64,000 nt of DNA from the human T2T-CHM13v2.0 reference genome, Homo sapiens. Below the pieces are notes generated by a model. That model did no database searches. It was not told where the DNA came from and was given only the letters and a program-made list of their open reading frames with translations. A program made the position numbers and the translations under genes. Numbering within the stretch: position 1 is the stretch's first letter; every line of letters starts with the position of its first letter. Below are positions 24,886 through 38,327 of the stretch, one piece after another. The stretch is taken from NCBI RefSeq assembly GCF_009914755.1, contig NC_060936.1. One strand, 5' to 3'.

Positions 24886-27800
24886 CCACTTTGGTTTTGA
24901 TCACCTGTCTATACTATACCTGGTGGCTTAGTGGGGGTAAGGAGGAAATAGAATGGAATCAGAGAGCCTGTAGAAACCAGTGTTTTTCTTATCCTGTTCA
25001 CAAATTGTTCTAGTTGGAGGTGCAGATGTAAAGCCACTGTATTAGTGTTAAGGACTGGGACCTGTAAAGTAGGTTTGGAGTACCAGGTTCTGGGAATGTT
25101 AGGGCTGATGCCATAGCTTCAAGGACAGTAGTGAAATGGAGACCTATGTAAAAATGCTAGTTCACTGTTTACACAATTAAGGCCAAGCCAGATTTGCAAG
25201 TTATGTATTTGCCTAATTTTGCTCCTGTGCAAGGTAGAAATGCTATGAGGTACATAAATTGCTTTTTAACTTTGGGACTTCTTAATACCAAATACATGGA
25301 TATAGTTTTTAAAAATAATATTTTCTTATAGATGCTAATATCTTGTGACCTCTCAATACTTGATCTGATTGTCTGAATTCTACTTCTTGTGTATCTGGTC
25401 TGAAATAAAAAGATATTAGTCCCATACTGGTCTCATGTGTGTACAGTACCAGTGAATTCCTAGTGAGAATTAGTGAGAACAGACAGGTCATATTCAATTA
25501 AATAGCTTGCAATGCTTACAGATGTGTAACCATTTGTGATAAGGAGCTGGGGGGCATTATGGGTGGTGGAGGAGGTGAAGAGTTGTCTGTATTCTATTGG
25601 TTTTCTTTTCCCAGTACAGAATCAAATAGCTAATTCAAAGCAGTCAATTTCTGCCTTTCCCCATCCCCCAAAATATGATTTGTAATTTGAAAGTAGTTCC
25701 TGAAACTATTTGGCAAATATGTCTGTATTCCAGTTGTTTGAAAATGAGAGGTCTTTTGACTTATTTGACTTTTCCACTACCCCATTTACCAGTAAAACAA
25801 AGTAAGAGTTAGTATCAAGTAAGTCTTTGGTTAAGTCAGCAGTGATTTATGAAGAGCCCATTAACGTACTACACAGACAGAAATTGCACAGATTTGATGA
25901 ATCAACAAAGCAGAAAATGGAAAATATATTTCAACCTCTGGGTTTTGTGAGTCAGGAAGAACACATCCCTGGCTATGGTTATGCTTTAATATTTGCAAAA
26001 AAGAGAGTAAACTGGTCTTCATTTGTGCTGATCTAAGCTGTGAAAATAGTGTCTGTGTTTTCTTCCTTCGAAAAGATTTCTGCAAACAGATCTCTAAGAA
26101 CTGTACATAAATGATTGCGGAGATTGTTTTATTTATCCTAAAAGCAATATCCTTCCTGTCAAGGCCAGGGAATTAGATGGCAGAATCAATAACTTGGTAG
26201 CCATGTGGGACTTGCTAATACGCAAATTAGTACACGGTGCTTATGAGCATGATAAGCTTGCAAGGCAGTATTTCATTGCCATGAAGTCAAATGAAAGAAT
26301 AGAGAGAAACAAGGTAATGGTATCAAATGTTATATGTCATCATCTTTCTAGGATGTTAATTCACACGTGCACTGGTGACTGCTGGCATCTATGTGCTACC
26401 TAGTTGTGTGACAAACTTCTGTGACAAATATCTGGTGTTGTGTGTGGTGTTTCCTAAGGCAAAAATCAGATAAAACTGGGTAGTTTTTTTAAATAAGAAC
26501 TCATTTCCTTTGGCATGTAAGTAGGAAGCATTGGCAAATGGACACCCGACTGTGAGATTTATCTTCTGAAATGTTCTTTTCAGGGTTCTGTGTGGAAGCG
26601 TTAGCTGTGTCAATTAGTTGAGATGAAATGGCATAATTTATTGACCAGTGGTGATAACTTTTCTAAATACATTGCACATTTGGCGCCATATAACTGAATG
26701 CCTCACTAATTGCTTAGACTCATGCCTGCTTTTGTAATCAATGTGCTACTTGGGCAAGCCTCAGCAGAATTCATTGCCTCATTTTCTGTTTCAGACTGCT
26801 TAAATATTCACTGGGTGGTATCCCTGAAAATGACAGTCCCCAAGGAAAAGAATCGCTGTGTCAGAGGCCAGAGACCTCCTGTTTTCGTGGCTTTGGAATT
26901 ACTCTTTCATATTCTAAGAGGAAGGCAAAGCTGGCGATTTGCATTTAAAGCACTGCTCTCCAAGGTTACATTCTGTTGAGTATATCTTTTAGATAGTAGA
27001 CATTTATCATAGTGTAGCTCTCAAATCTGAAATAGCTGCTGAAGGTATAGCCGAAGAGCTATCACAGTCCTGGGGAACAAGGTAATAAATCAGAAGCTGC
27101 CACATGATCACTATGGTAACCGTCAGACCCTGTCACACTGCAAGCATTATTGAAGGGTAGGTGCAACGTTCAGCTCATCAAGTGTTTGTGATCATAAACC
27201 TGTTGACATTATAGATTTAATATGACCATTTTATTGTTTTTGTGAATTGAAAGGTACTGCTATCAGACCCCGTTTTTGGGGGAAACAGTACCATATTTAA
27301 GGGACAGTTTCATTTTATTATTGTAGACCTGAACTTGTTGTCAATGTCAATTGGCATGATACGATAGTGTGTTCTTTTTCTTTTTAAAGGTGAAACCTAG
27401 TATTTCAGCATTGAAACTGAACATCTTTTCTAGTGAGACATTTTATGTTGAGTCGTACATGTAGACATATGTAATTAGGTACCCGCATTGATTTTAAAAA
27501 TCTAAATTATATTTTAACTATTGTAACACTTAGCATTCAACACTTCTATTTGACACAATTTCAGTATGCATAATTTTCAGAAATAGAAATATGGCATCTT
27601 GGGATAATGCTTTCAGCCTCCTCTGTTTTTAAGTGTATGTACAAATTGTGTTTTGAAAATCTGATAACTTGACATTTAGATTTAGATATAGGGAGTATCT
27701 TGGTAAAATTGTTGATGAATTTATTGTGAAGCAATTATAAATATAATTAAATATAAGGCCAAGATTATTAAAGGTAGTATTTTCTATTATAAGAACTAAT

Positions 27801-28944
27801 TGTGTATTCTCAGATTTGTAATCACAACTTTAGGTAAGTGAAATCATATATTTCCTAAGAGTGACATTCATATATCCAGTACACTTTTTATAAAAGTAAT
27901 GAGCATTTTCAATTACATTTACTTATAATAAAAGGTAGTTTCTCAAAACTTTTAATAATACAATTGTTTAGTATTTTATTAAATCACATATATTCAAAAG
28001 TAAGGGGAGGAAAACCCCATGTTTACTGTAATGAACTTGTTAGTATTTTCACAATCATTACTGAATTTTTACCTCTTTTCTCCAACTGACTGAAAGGGCA
28101 TTACAAAATGCTACTGGCAGTAACTACGGTAATCTCCTTGTGTGTGAGAGAAAAATTCATTAAGACCATAATAAAGCAGTCACTTCTACATATTCCTCAT
28201 AAAGATCTGAAATTTTTTCCCTTCATTTCCCTCTTTTTGAAAGAATGATCCAACATTAATGTGCACGTGTTTGTCATTATATTCTTCAAAACATCATATC
28301 CAACTATAGGCAGGAATAATCCACTGTAAAAGTGTTGGAAGGCAGGAAAGGAGGCAGAAAAGAAGAGGGGACAGAGGGAAGGATGGATGAGTGTTTGAGC
28401 ATTTCCTATCTCTTTGCCTGCACACTGCTTGAGTTCTGAATTAATGATTTAGTGCCTAGAAGAGGAAGAGGCACAGCAATACTTAGCAGTTTATTAAAAA
28501 GACTTCTCCCTGCCATACTTCTTTTTATTTGAATGGCAAGCCTGCCGCAGGGGCCTGCTGCTACTGAAATATAGTGGAAGTTGGTGATATGGCCAGCACA
28601 GCAGAGTCTGAACTGGGTTGTGAGTGCTATTTCATGTGGGATGCTAAGCAGCTGTCAGATAGGGAACTACTTTGCACCACTTATGGGCTAGAGTTAAAGC
28701 AGCAGGCTGGAGGGGAAAAACTTGGGCCAGTCAGCTAGATTTGGAGGCTCCTTCTGAAAGGGTATTTATAAAGTCTGCAGTTATGTGTTACTTGTTATTT
28801 TCACTCAGTTCACCTTTCCTTGTCTGTTTCCATTATTCTTATTAGATTAAATTCCTATTCAGAGGCACTTGCTCTAGCAATCACATACTTTATAAAAACA
28901 AGTTTGGGGAAAATACATTATGAAGGAAGGGGAGTAATACTGCT

Positions 28945-29135
28945 CATTTTCCATGTGCTAGGTATTCTGGTAGGTGTTTGCATACGTTCTTGCTTTAATA
29001 CTGAGAGCAATGCCAGGAAGTGTTATAACTCCCATTTTACTTATTAGGAGGCTGAGCCAAAGAAAGATTTAAATACCTTCAAAGTGGCAGAGACGGGTTT
29101 TCCACTCAACATCCCCTGACACCAAAGCCTATGCT
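28945..29135 (-). mobile_element. MIR
   Basis: catgtgctaggtattctg...cccattttacttattaggaggctgag. Confidence 0.6.
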
Positions 29136-29399
29136 GCTTCCATTTTTGTCTGTGTTATTTGCGTGAGTGTTCAAGAAGACATAATTTCTTCCAGTTTCAT
29201 TGGTGTATTTTTGGGTGTCTATTGTGTAGTTTGTCACTTCTTAGAATTGCACTCAGTTTAGTAAATTCTTTGGTGCTGGCTATGTGCCAGACACTGCCTG
29301 GTGCTAGAAAAATCTATCAAAATTTAGGCCTTTGGAATTCTATTTGCTGTCACTATTAAGATAACTAAAGACAGGCAAGTACCCTTTGCTCTAGTGGAG

Positions 29400-29620
29400 G
29401 CAGATTGTGGTAAGAAACACACTCTGGCATCATATTTGGGGTTTGATTTCAGGTCCCACTCTGTATTAACTCTTCAATTTTGAGTCAACAATTTAAGTCT
29501 TTGAACTAGTTCCCTCATTTGTTCAGAAGTGATAACATCTGCTTCATAGTGTAGTCGTGAGGATTGAGTAAGGTAATGGATGCAACAGACCTGGTGTGGA
29601 GTGGGTACTGCTCGTCTTCA
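29400..29620 (+). mobile_element. MIR
   Basis: tagttccctcatttgtt...catagtgtagtcgtgaggattgagtaaggtaatggatg. Confidence 0.65.
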
Positions 29621-31320
29621 TTTTTATTGCTGACACTTCTGGTTAGAAAACAACTAGAGGTTTAGGTTGGAGTATGCAAAAAAATTTTAGGTCAGTATTC
29701 ATCTTCATGTGACTCTACTGTATACATTCATTGATTATGTATGTGACATTCATACTAATGTATTGTGTTGATATCTTATTTCTCATTAGAGATTCATTTC
29801 TCTGAGTTTATACATTTGAAACTAAGCAATTATCTTGAACACTGAAGGCAAAAGTGGAAGAGCAAATGAGAAGTGCTATTCTCCCCAAACCTAAATCTGC
29901 CATTAAGCCCTGAGGGTCTTCCACCCTCCAACCTAGAGTCTGTGCAGAAGAGTCCTGTTGATGAATCAGGAAAGCATATGCTAATGTGTTAATCCCTAGC
30001 ATTTCTCCAGGAGTCAGATCACACCTCCCTGTCTGTTTCTGTTGATCTGCTTGCTTTTGTTTTCCTGTTCCTCTGACTCTTCAGAGCAGATTTATACATT
30101 TCACCTGACATTACAGCGCAGTGTCAACCTGGCCTTTCAAGGGTGGGCAATTGTTTCATTTCACTGGGTTTGTTATTACATTGGCTTTTTAAATGGTAGG
30201 CTTCTGATTCTGCAGCCTCAACACCTGGGCAACTCCAGGTAGTGTGTAATAAAGGCTCAGCTCTCTACTGGTATAGAGAGAGGCAGGTGGTCTGCTGCCA
30301 AGGGCCACTATACTGAGGTATTTCAGTTATGGCTTCATGTTATTGCCAGAGTGATTAGCATTCTTTTGAAAGGATGGTAATTGATTAACTGAAAGATCTT
30401 TCTCATAATCAAGGGTTAGTTTAAAAAATATTAGAAAGGCTTCAATTTTATAAAAACTTTAATAAAAGTTATGTCCAATGCTGTCAATTGCCTGTGATTG
30501 CCTGTGTTTTGGGGTTTTGGTGTTTGTGTGTGCTTTTAATTTCAAAGGCTTATGGATGTGTGTAGAAAGCAGGTAAAATTCTGTAGGTTTTGTTATTTCA
30601 GGTAATGCTTAAACAGAATTGCCATGGTGAAGCATGTTTTGGTAGAAATTCTGATGACATTGACTTTTCCTTTATCATCCTTATTTAATTATGAACAACC
30701 AGCAGCAGCTTGAAATTCTTTTTTCTATTAGATGAAAACTCACCCTTGTACTGAGATGTTTTACTTATCCTGGCTTTGTGTTTCCAATAGTAAACAAATA
30801 AGCATTACTGTTTTCAGAGCCAGACTAAGATTAAAGCAAGGCTTTATGTTTAGGAATCTTGATGTCTTAGTCATACTAGCACATTATATTTTGCTTCACT
30901 GCCTTCTCAGAAGTTGAAATGAAAAAAAAATGCACTATTGATGAATTGGGGAATTATGCGATGAAGTGGTTGGGGTGTGTGTGTTTTCTAGTTTCATAAG
31001 GCGGAAGCTCATATTAATGATTTGTGACCTTTCTCTATAAGCATTCAATGGTATTAACTTTGCACACTTCTTTAGCTGAATCCCATAGTTTTTTGTGTGG
31101 TAATTTCATTTTGTTTTTATTTAGTTCAAAGTATATCCTAATTTTCCTTGATGCTTCCCATTTGACCTGTGGATTATTTAGATATGTGTTTAGTTTCTAA
31201 ATATTTAGTTACTTTCCAGATACCTTTTTGTTACAAATTTTTAGTTTACTTTTGTTATGGTAGGAGAAAATACTTTGTAAAGTTTAATTTTTTATTTGTA
31301 AAAATGTTTGATTTTTAAAT

Positions 31321-31614
31321 TTTTATTTCTTTTAAGAGATGGGGTCTCACTCTGTTGTCCTGGCTGGAGTGCAGCGGCTCAATCACAGCTCACTGTAACC
31401 TCAACTTCCTGGGATCAAGTGATCCTTCCATCTCAGGCTTCCAAGTAGCTGGGACTGTAGGCATTGAGACTGTACCTGGCTAATTTTTTTTTTTTTTTAT
31501 ACTTGGGGGCCTCATTTTGTTGCCCAGGTTGTGTAGGACTCCTGATTTCAAGCAATCCTCCTGCCTTGGCCTTCCAAAATGCTGGGATTACAGGCTGAGC
31601 CACCATGCCCAGCC
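31321..31614 (-). mobile_element. AluJ
   Basis: gagatggggtctcactctgttgtcc...ctcaatcacagctcactgtaacctc...caccatgcccagcc. Confidence 0.9.
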
Positions 31615-32360
31615 TTTTTGTTTGTTTGTTTTACAGCCCAGGATATGGTATCTTTGTGAATGTTCTGTCTTCACTTGACAAGAGTACCCAGTCTGCTGCT
31701 GTTGGTATAGTGTGCTATAAATGTCAGTTAGGTAAGGTTAATTGGTAGTATTGTTTAGTTTTTCTATATCTTTCCTGATTTTACTTTTTTCTGTTAGTTT
31801 TTGAGAGGAGTGTTGATATTTTCAATTATAATTATAAACATATTTATATTTTCTGTTCTATCAGAATTTGCTTTATGTATTTTGGTGTTCAGTTGTTAGA
31901 TATATATACAATTAGATTTTTGTCTCCTTGTTGAACTGATACTTTCATCATCATGAAATGATCCTTTTTATCTTCAGTTTTGTTTGTTTTGGTATGTATT
32001 TTGTCTAATAGTAGTATAGCTACTCCAGCTTTCTTTTGATTAGAGTTTGCATGGTATATATTTTTCCTTTTCACTTTTAAACCACTTATATAATTATATT
32101 GAATGTGGGTTTTCCTAGACAGCATATAATTGGATCTTTTTTTGTTGTTGTTCAGTCTCACACTCTATCTTTTACTTCATATGTTTAAACCATTTACATT
32201 TAGTATAATTACTGGTATGGTTGAATTTAGGTATAATATTTTATTCCTGTTTGTGCCTTCTGTATTTTCCTTTCTCTGATGGTCCTTATTGCCTTCTTTT
32301 GTATTATTCGAATCTTTTAGTATTTTATTTACCAACTTTCTTTTTGGCTTTATCTCTTTA

Positions 32361-32660
32361 CCGTCATGCACTGCATAACAACATTTTAGTTAGTGATAGA
32401 CGCACATATGACAGTGGTCCCATAAGATTATAATTATATTTTTACTGTACCTTTTCATGTTTAGATACACAAATACTTACCATTGTGTTACAATTGCCTG
32501 CAGTGCTTAGTACAGTAACGTGCGATATAGGTTTGTAACCTAGGAGTAGTTACACCATCTAGGTTTGTGTAAGTATGCTTTATAATGTTCACACAAAAAT
32601 GAAATCACCTAACAATCTATTTCTCACAAAGTATCCCTGTCATTAAGCAATGCATGACTG
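32361..32660 (+). mobile_element. Tigger3a (MER7A) MITE
   Basis: TIRs ccgtcatgca / tgcatgactg, TA on both sides, internal gtggtcccataagattataat. Confidence 0.9.
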
Positions 32661-33840
32661 TATTTTTTTTTGTTACTGTATACACAGCTGACTTTGGCAA
32701 TAAACTTAGAACCCTTACAACCATATTGTTCTTTTTCCTTTCTACCTAAACAGTGTTAGAATCTTTGCTTTCAAGTGTCATATATATTTTTAAATCCTTT
32801 GAGGAAAAAAAATCTATTCTACTACTTATTATTTCTTTGCTCTTCCTTCATTCCTTATTTTCCTTTAACATGAAGAACTTCTTTAAGCATTTTTCTTATC
32901 ACAGGGCTGCTGGTGACAAATTCTATTTCCTTTCCTTTGTCTGAGAATGTTTTATTTTGAGTTTATTCCTACAGTATATTTTCACTGAATAAAATCCTGG
33001 TTTGAGAGTTCTTTTCCTTCAGTGCTTTACAAATCTTGTTTCATTTTCTTCTGGCCTCCATGGTTTCTTATGAGAAATCTATAATAATTTGGATTCTCCT
33101 TTATCTGTAATGTTCCTTTTTTTTCTGCTGCTTTTACCAATTTGATTGTAATATGTCTGTGTATGGTTTTCTATGAATTTATCTTGTTTAGGGTTCATTG
33201 GGCTTATTGAATGTATTAATCAATGTTTCAACAAATTTGGGATGCTTTCAGTCATTTTTTTTTTTAATCTTTAAATCTTTTTTTCTGCATCAATATCACT
33301 TTCCTTCTGAGAACCAATTAACACAGTAGTTTGAACTTTAGATATTGTCCCACATACCTCTGAGATTCTATTCATGTTTTCAAACAGTCATTATTCTCTC
33401 TCTTCTTCAGACTAGATAATACCCATTGATTTATTTGGAAGTTCACTGGTGATTTCTTTTTTCATTTCAATTATTCTATTGAGACAATTCATTAAATTCA
33501 TACATTTCAGATGTTGGATTTTTTTTGTTTATTGTTTTTTGCTCTTGGACCCAAATAAAGAGATGAGGAAGAAAACAAAACTTGTATACTTGCTTATTTT
33601 GTATTTTTTATCATTGTTACAATTGTTGCTCTAAAATCTTTGTTAATTTTAACATCACGATCATCTTGGGACTAACGCCTATTGTTTGTTGATTTCCTTG
33701 TGAAATGGTTAGATATTTTTAATTCTTTGTATGTTGGGTGAGTTTAGATTATATCCTTGACTTTTTGAATATTAGTTTATGAGACTCTGAGTCTTATTAA
33801 AATCCTCTTCAGAATGTCGATTTCTTTTCTTAAAAAATAC

Positions 33841-34298
33841 TTTTTTATACTTTAAGTTCTGGGGTACATGTGCAGAATGTGCAGTTTTGTTACATACATA
33901 TACACATGCCATGGTGGTTTGCTGCATCCATTAACCCATCACCTACATTAGATATTTCTCCTAATGCTATCCCTCCCCTAGCTCCCCACCCACCGACAGG
34001 CCCTGGTGTGTGACGTTCCTCCGTGTGGCCATGTGTCCTCATTGTTCAACTCCCACCTATGAGTAAGGACATGCGGTGTTTGGTTTTCTGTTCTTGTGTT
34101 AGTTTGCTGAGAATGATGGTTTCTAGCTTCATCCACGTCCCTGCAAAGGTCATGAACTCATCCTTTTTTATGGCTGCACAGCATTCCATGGTGTATATGT
34201 GCCACATTTTATTTATCCAGTCCATCACTGATGGACATTTGGGCTGGTTCCAAGTCTTTGCTATTGTGAATAATGCTGCAATAAACATACATGTGCAT
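33841..34298 (-). mobile_element. L1PA 3' end (non-inverted part of a twin-primed insertion)
   Basis: tatactttaagttctggggtacatgtgcag 3'UTR; [19 protein letters not shown]...[15 protein letters not shown]2p C-terminus. Confidence 0.95.
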
Positions 34299-34545
34299 CT
34301 GAAACTGGACCCCTTCCTTACACCTTACGCAGAAATTAACTCAAGATGGATTAAAGACTTAAACGTAAGACCTAAAACCATACAACCCCTAGAAGAAAAC
34401 CTAGGCAATACCATTCAGGACATAGGCATGGGCAAAGACTTCATGTCCAAAACACCAAAAGCAATGGCAACAAAAGCCAAAATCGACAAATGGGATCTAA
34501 TTAAACTAAAGAGCTTCTGCACAGCAAAAGAAACTATCATCAGAT
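34299..34545 (+). mobile_element. L1PA ORF2 segment (inverted part)
   Basis: [32 protein letters not shown]...[12 protein letters not shown] on the + strand, abutting the minus-strand 3' end. Confidence 0.95.
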
Positions 34546-35569
34546 GGGAGATTTTTTTTTTTTTTTTTCAGCAAGCAATCAACTCAGGTTTTCCCACTTC
34601 TATGGGCAGTTTGCCCATTGTCAGTTCTGTTTTTAAAGACTTTGCTGTGCTGTTTTGGGTCTACTTTACACATTCATCACTCTGGGATTTATGTGGCACT
34701 TAGGTGGTGACTTTTATTCTCATGGTGGCTCTGTTCTTAGTCTTTGCTGGGTTTGTTTGTGCAAGTGTAGGTTGACTGGAGTGAGCCTGGGACACTCAGA
34801 CTTAGGTCTTCTAAGCATTAGAGGATCCCCTTCTCCAGGAATTTCCTCATTGGATTTTCCCCAGTACTTTCTGATTCATAGGGGTCTGTTTCACTGTTTC
34901 TCTGCCTAAAAAAATGAGTGTTTCTCTCAATTTAGCACCCTGTGCTATTGTAGAGTTCTGCCCATCTGGGACTGCCCTTGAGATGAAACAACCAGACAGA
35001 GAACAGGGTGGGTGGGAAAGTGAAATGCTGATACCCTCACATTCTTAAGGCCATTTGGGTTCATTTTCCCAGTTCCTTTGAATTAGGAGATGGGTTTTCT
35101 CTCTAGATTTTCAATGCTGTATCACAGCTGTGGCTATAGTGCAACTCTGTGACTGCAGGTGGCTTCTGAGCAGGACTGGTAGAGACAAGAGAGAGAGAAA
35201 AAAAGGAATCCCCTTTATACTGTCTTGTTTGCTGAAGTTCATTTTCCAAGTCTTCTGGGCAGCAAGAGAGGGGCTTTCTCTTGAAGTTTTTTGCCATATG
35301 TACACAGAATGCATTTCTGGGACTCAGGCACACCCCTAAGTGAAAGCAGGAATATAAAGGAGGTGGGGGGAATACAGAAAACCACCACTGTACTAGCTGT
35401 CCCCAAGTTTTAACTTGTCTTTATAAATCACCTGCTATTATTTTTGTCAGTTTGCAGGCAGTTTTATTTTGTGTTTTTCCAGAGTTTTTAGTTACCAGTG
35501 GGAAGAGGGAGAGGGTGTGGGCTTACTCCACTTTGGCCAGTATGAGAAAACCAAAATAATGTCTTTAAA

Positions 35570-36110
35570 ATTAAAGATTATTTTGCCAATATCAAAATAC
35601 ATGTTATACAAAATTTTGGAAATATAAAATTAGAAGAAGAAAACTATCTGTATTCTTACAACTTAAAACTTAATACTCTTAGCCCTTTAATGTATATCTA
35701 GTTCACTTTTTAATGTACAAGTTACTTTTACAGAGGTGACCATATATATACAATTTCGTATATTGCTTTTTTACTGCAAAAATGGAAGCTTTTTTGGTGT
35801 TATTAAAATTTTATGTAAAATGAGTTTATAATGAGTATGTAATAGTTCATTGCATACATTAATTATAGTTTATTCAATTATTTTTCTATTGTTGGATTAA
35901 AAATATTTTCTACCATAAAATTACTGTGATTAACATCTTTGTGTATAAACATTTCCATAAGTTTACTTTTGAGGATATTTTTATAGATGTATAGTTACTA
36001 AGCCAGAAGGTATGAATGTTAAAGGATCTGTTGCATAATTCTAAATTATATAATACCACCATCTTACCAAAATACTATTCTACTAGCAATGTGTAAGAGT
36101 GCCTAATCCT
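35570..36110 (-). mobile_element. L1ME-like 3' fragment
   Basis: ttttctattgttgga...gtgattaacatctttgtg...ctactagcaatgtgtaagagtgcc. Confidence 0.6.
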
Positions 36111-36339
36111 GGCAATTGAGGTTGCTTCACACATCTTTCAGTAACCCATATCTTAATCACGGCTCTTTCATACCCGAACCCCATGGACTTAATCAGGATT
36201 CTACTTATTACCCAGAACACTCACATTGCTGCACCTTGTAAGTTACATGCTGTTCTCACCTTTCTCAGATTAGGTTACTCATTGACCTGGTGCAATAATG
36301 ACTTGTGCAAGAGTTGTACTATCTGAGCCAGTTATGTGG

Positions 36340-36925
36340 CAAGCACAATTAGGACCACCTCACTTCCCTGTTTAAAACCTCTTGTTAGCCCTCCATTGCC
36401 TATGGGAAAAAGTCCAAGTGTCTTAACATGCCATGAAGATGCTTCACCATCAGCCTTATCCATTTGTGATGTTCTCTTGCTAGTTTTGCCCCCATGATTT
36501 GTGCTTTAGTCATACTAAAACTGTTCATATCATGCTGTTTCCCACCTTCATATCTTTACTATGCCCTTTTTTTTTCCCCATGTCCTCCCATCTCCTTTGT
36601 CCCCCCAACCCATGCCACATAATTTGCAACCCAGACAGAGGCATAGACACACACTTGCAAGCTCCTCGTTGTCATGCTTCCTTCAGGGTGTTCTTTTCCT
36701 GAACAAACCCTTTGTACTACTCCTCTTACCACAGTAGCATATATGTTTGTTTTAGCTGTATTCAAATAATCTGCCTATGGGTTCCACCCCCCTTCAATGG
36801 ATTATGAATCTGTAAACTAGAAATGTTTTATTTTATAGCCTCAGAGACCAAAACAATGCCTGGTACATGCCAGAAATTTAAGATTGGTTAGTTGAATGAA
36901 TGCATATATGCATACATGAATGAAT
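36340..36925 (+). mobile_element. L2 3' region
   Basis: cttccctgtttaaaacc...aagtccaagtgtcttaacatg...atgcctggtacat...gttgaatgaatg tail. Confidence 0.7.
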
Positions 36926-37943
36926 ATCTCTGAAATGTCCTTGTTTCAGATAATTCTTAATGTGCAGTAGTGCCTTACAGGAACATTCTATTTTTTATTG
37001 TTTTCCCAAGTGCAAATGTCTGTCACTGGTGATGGTGGTCAGATATGTAGAGACAGTTCTCTCAGCACTGCTTTATTATAAACCACAGTTCTTGATCTAC
37101 AGGGTTAAAATGGATACAGATTCATGTGGCTTGAACAGTTATTTCTGGCTCTGGAATATGAAAACAGAACATAAATCTTTACATATTTTATATTAACTGG
37201 TGTTCTATGCTGCAGAGTCAATGATTTTTGTCTTTCTCTTTATTCCACACTTACTAGTCTTCTACCCTTTGAAGTTCTACATTTTGTGCCTATGAAAACA
37301 GCAATATTTATGATTGAGGTTATCTTATAATTGGCCAGTTGAAAATTATAAAAATGATTTGGCCTCACTCTTATAAAGCAAAAAACAGATTAAAAATGTA
37401 AAATACATGGGTGGCCATTTGGAAAAGGGCATTTGAGGCAATGTAATTGTTCAGCTATCAAAATATTGCTTATGTTTTTTTTTTCTCTAGCCCCAATCCA
37501 CTAGGGGAAAAACAAGGCACATCCTTGTTTTTCGTTTAAATACATATTTAGTTAAATACAGTTAAATACATATTTTAATAATTTTCAAGTAGGAATTTAA
37601 TTTAAGGTAAACAAGTCATGAAATAAAATGCAGATGAATACATAAAGGAGAAGTAAAGTGGGACAAAATCTCACCAGATTTTCCAGCTGTGTGTTTTCTC
37701 TCCAGATCTTAACTCATTAATGTGGACTAAAAGTTATTAGTCAGCATTGTCATCTTCATTCTTTACCCATTTTTCTTCCAGCATTCTTTTCCATAATCAT
37801 CCTTCCAGAAGTACCATATCTTAGGGCAGATATCTACCTTTGTCTTCTCCTAATTCCTAAAATAGTTGTAGTAGCTTTGAATTGTTTTTAGGTGGTCACA
37901 GGTTGCTAAGGATCTGATTCCAGCTCGTGCTACTTTTGGATTT

Positions 37944-38327
37944 TGTAGTAGTCTGTTCTCACACGGCTATAAAGAACTACCTGAGCCTGGGTTGTTTATG
38001 AAGAAAAGAGGTTTAATAGACTCACAGTCCTGCAGGCTGTACAGAAAGCATGGCTAGGAGGCCTCAGAAAACTTGCAATCATGGAGGAAGTTGAAGGGGA
38101 AGCAAACACGTCTTACCATGGCAGAGCAGGAGTGAGAGAGTGAGTGAAAAGGGGGAAGTGCCCAAACTTTTAAACCATCAGATCTCACTTACTATCATGA
38201 GAACAGCAAGGGGGAAATCCACCCCTATGATCCAATCACCTCCCACCAGGCCCCCCCGCTGACGTGTGGGTATTACATCTCAGTTTGACATGAGATTTGG
38301 GTGGGGACACAGAGCCAAACTGTATCA
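37944..38327 (-). mobile_element. MSTA/THE1D-type MaLR solo LTR
   Basis: tgtagtagtctgttctcacacggctataaagaactacctgag...gtggggacacagagccaaactgtatca; TSD gattt / gatgt. Confidence 0.9.

Larger units (their letters stand above)
31040..35530 (-). mobile_element. Old L1M 5' portion (5' region, ORF1, ORF2 endonuclease), interrupted by AluJ, Tigger3a and L1PA
   Basis: Minus-strand translations ILNVNGLN and IYHANSNQKKAGVAILLLDKI match the L1 ORF2p endonuclease domain; the right boundary is approximate. Confidence 0.8.

Noticed and set aside
34023-34703. 226-aa ORF, the longest in the window
   Set aside because: Chimeric antisense/sense L1 sequence from an inverted insertion; no promoter or exon support.
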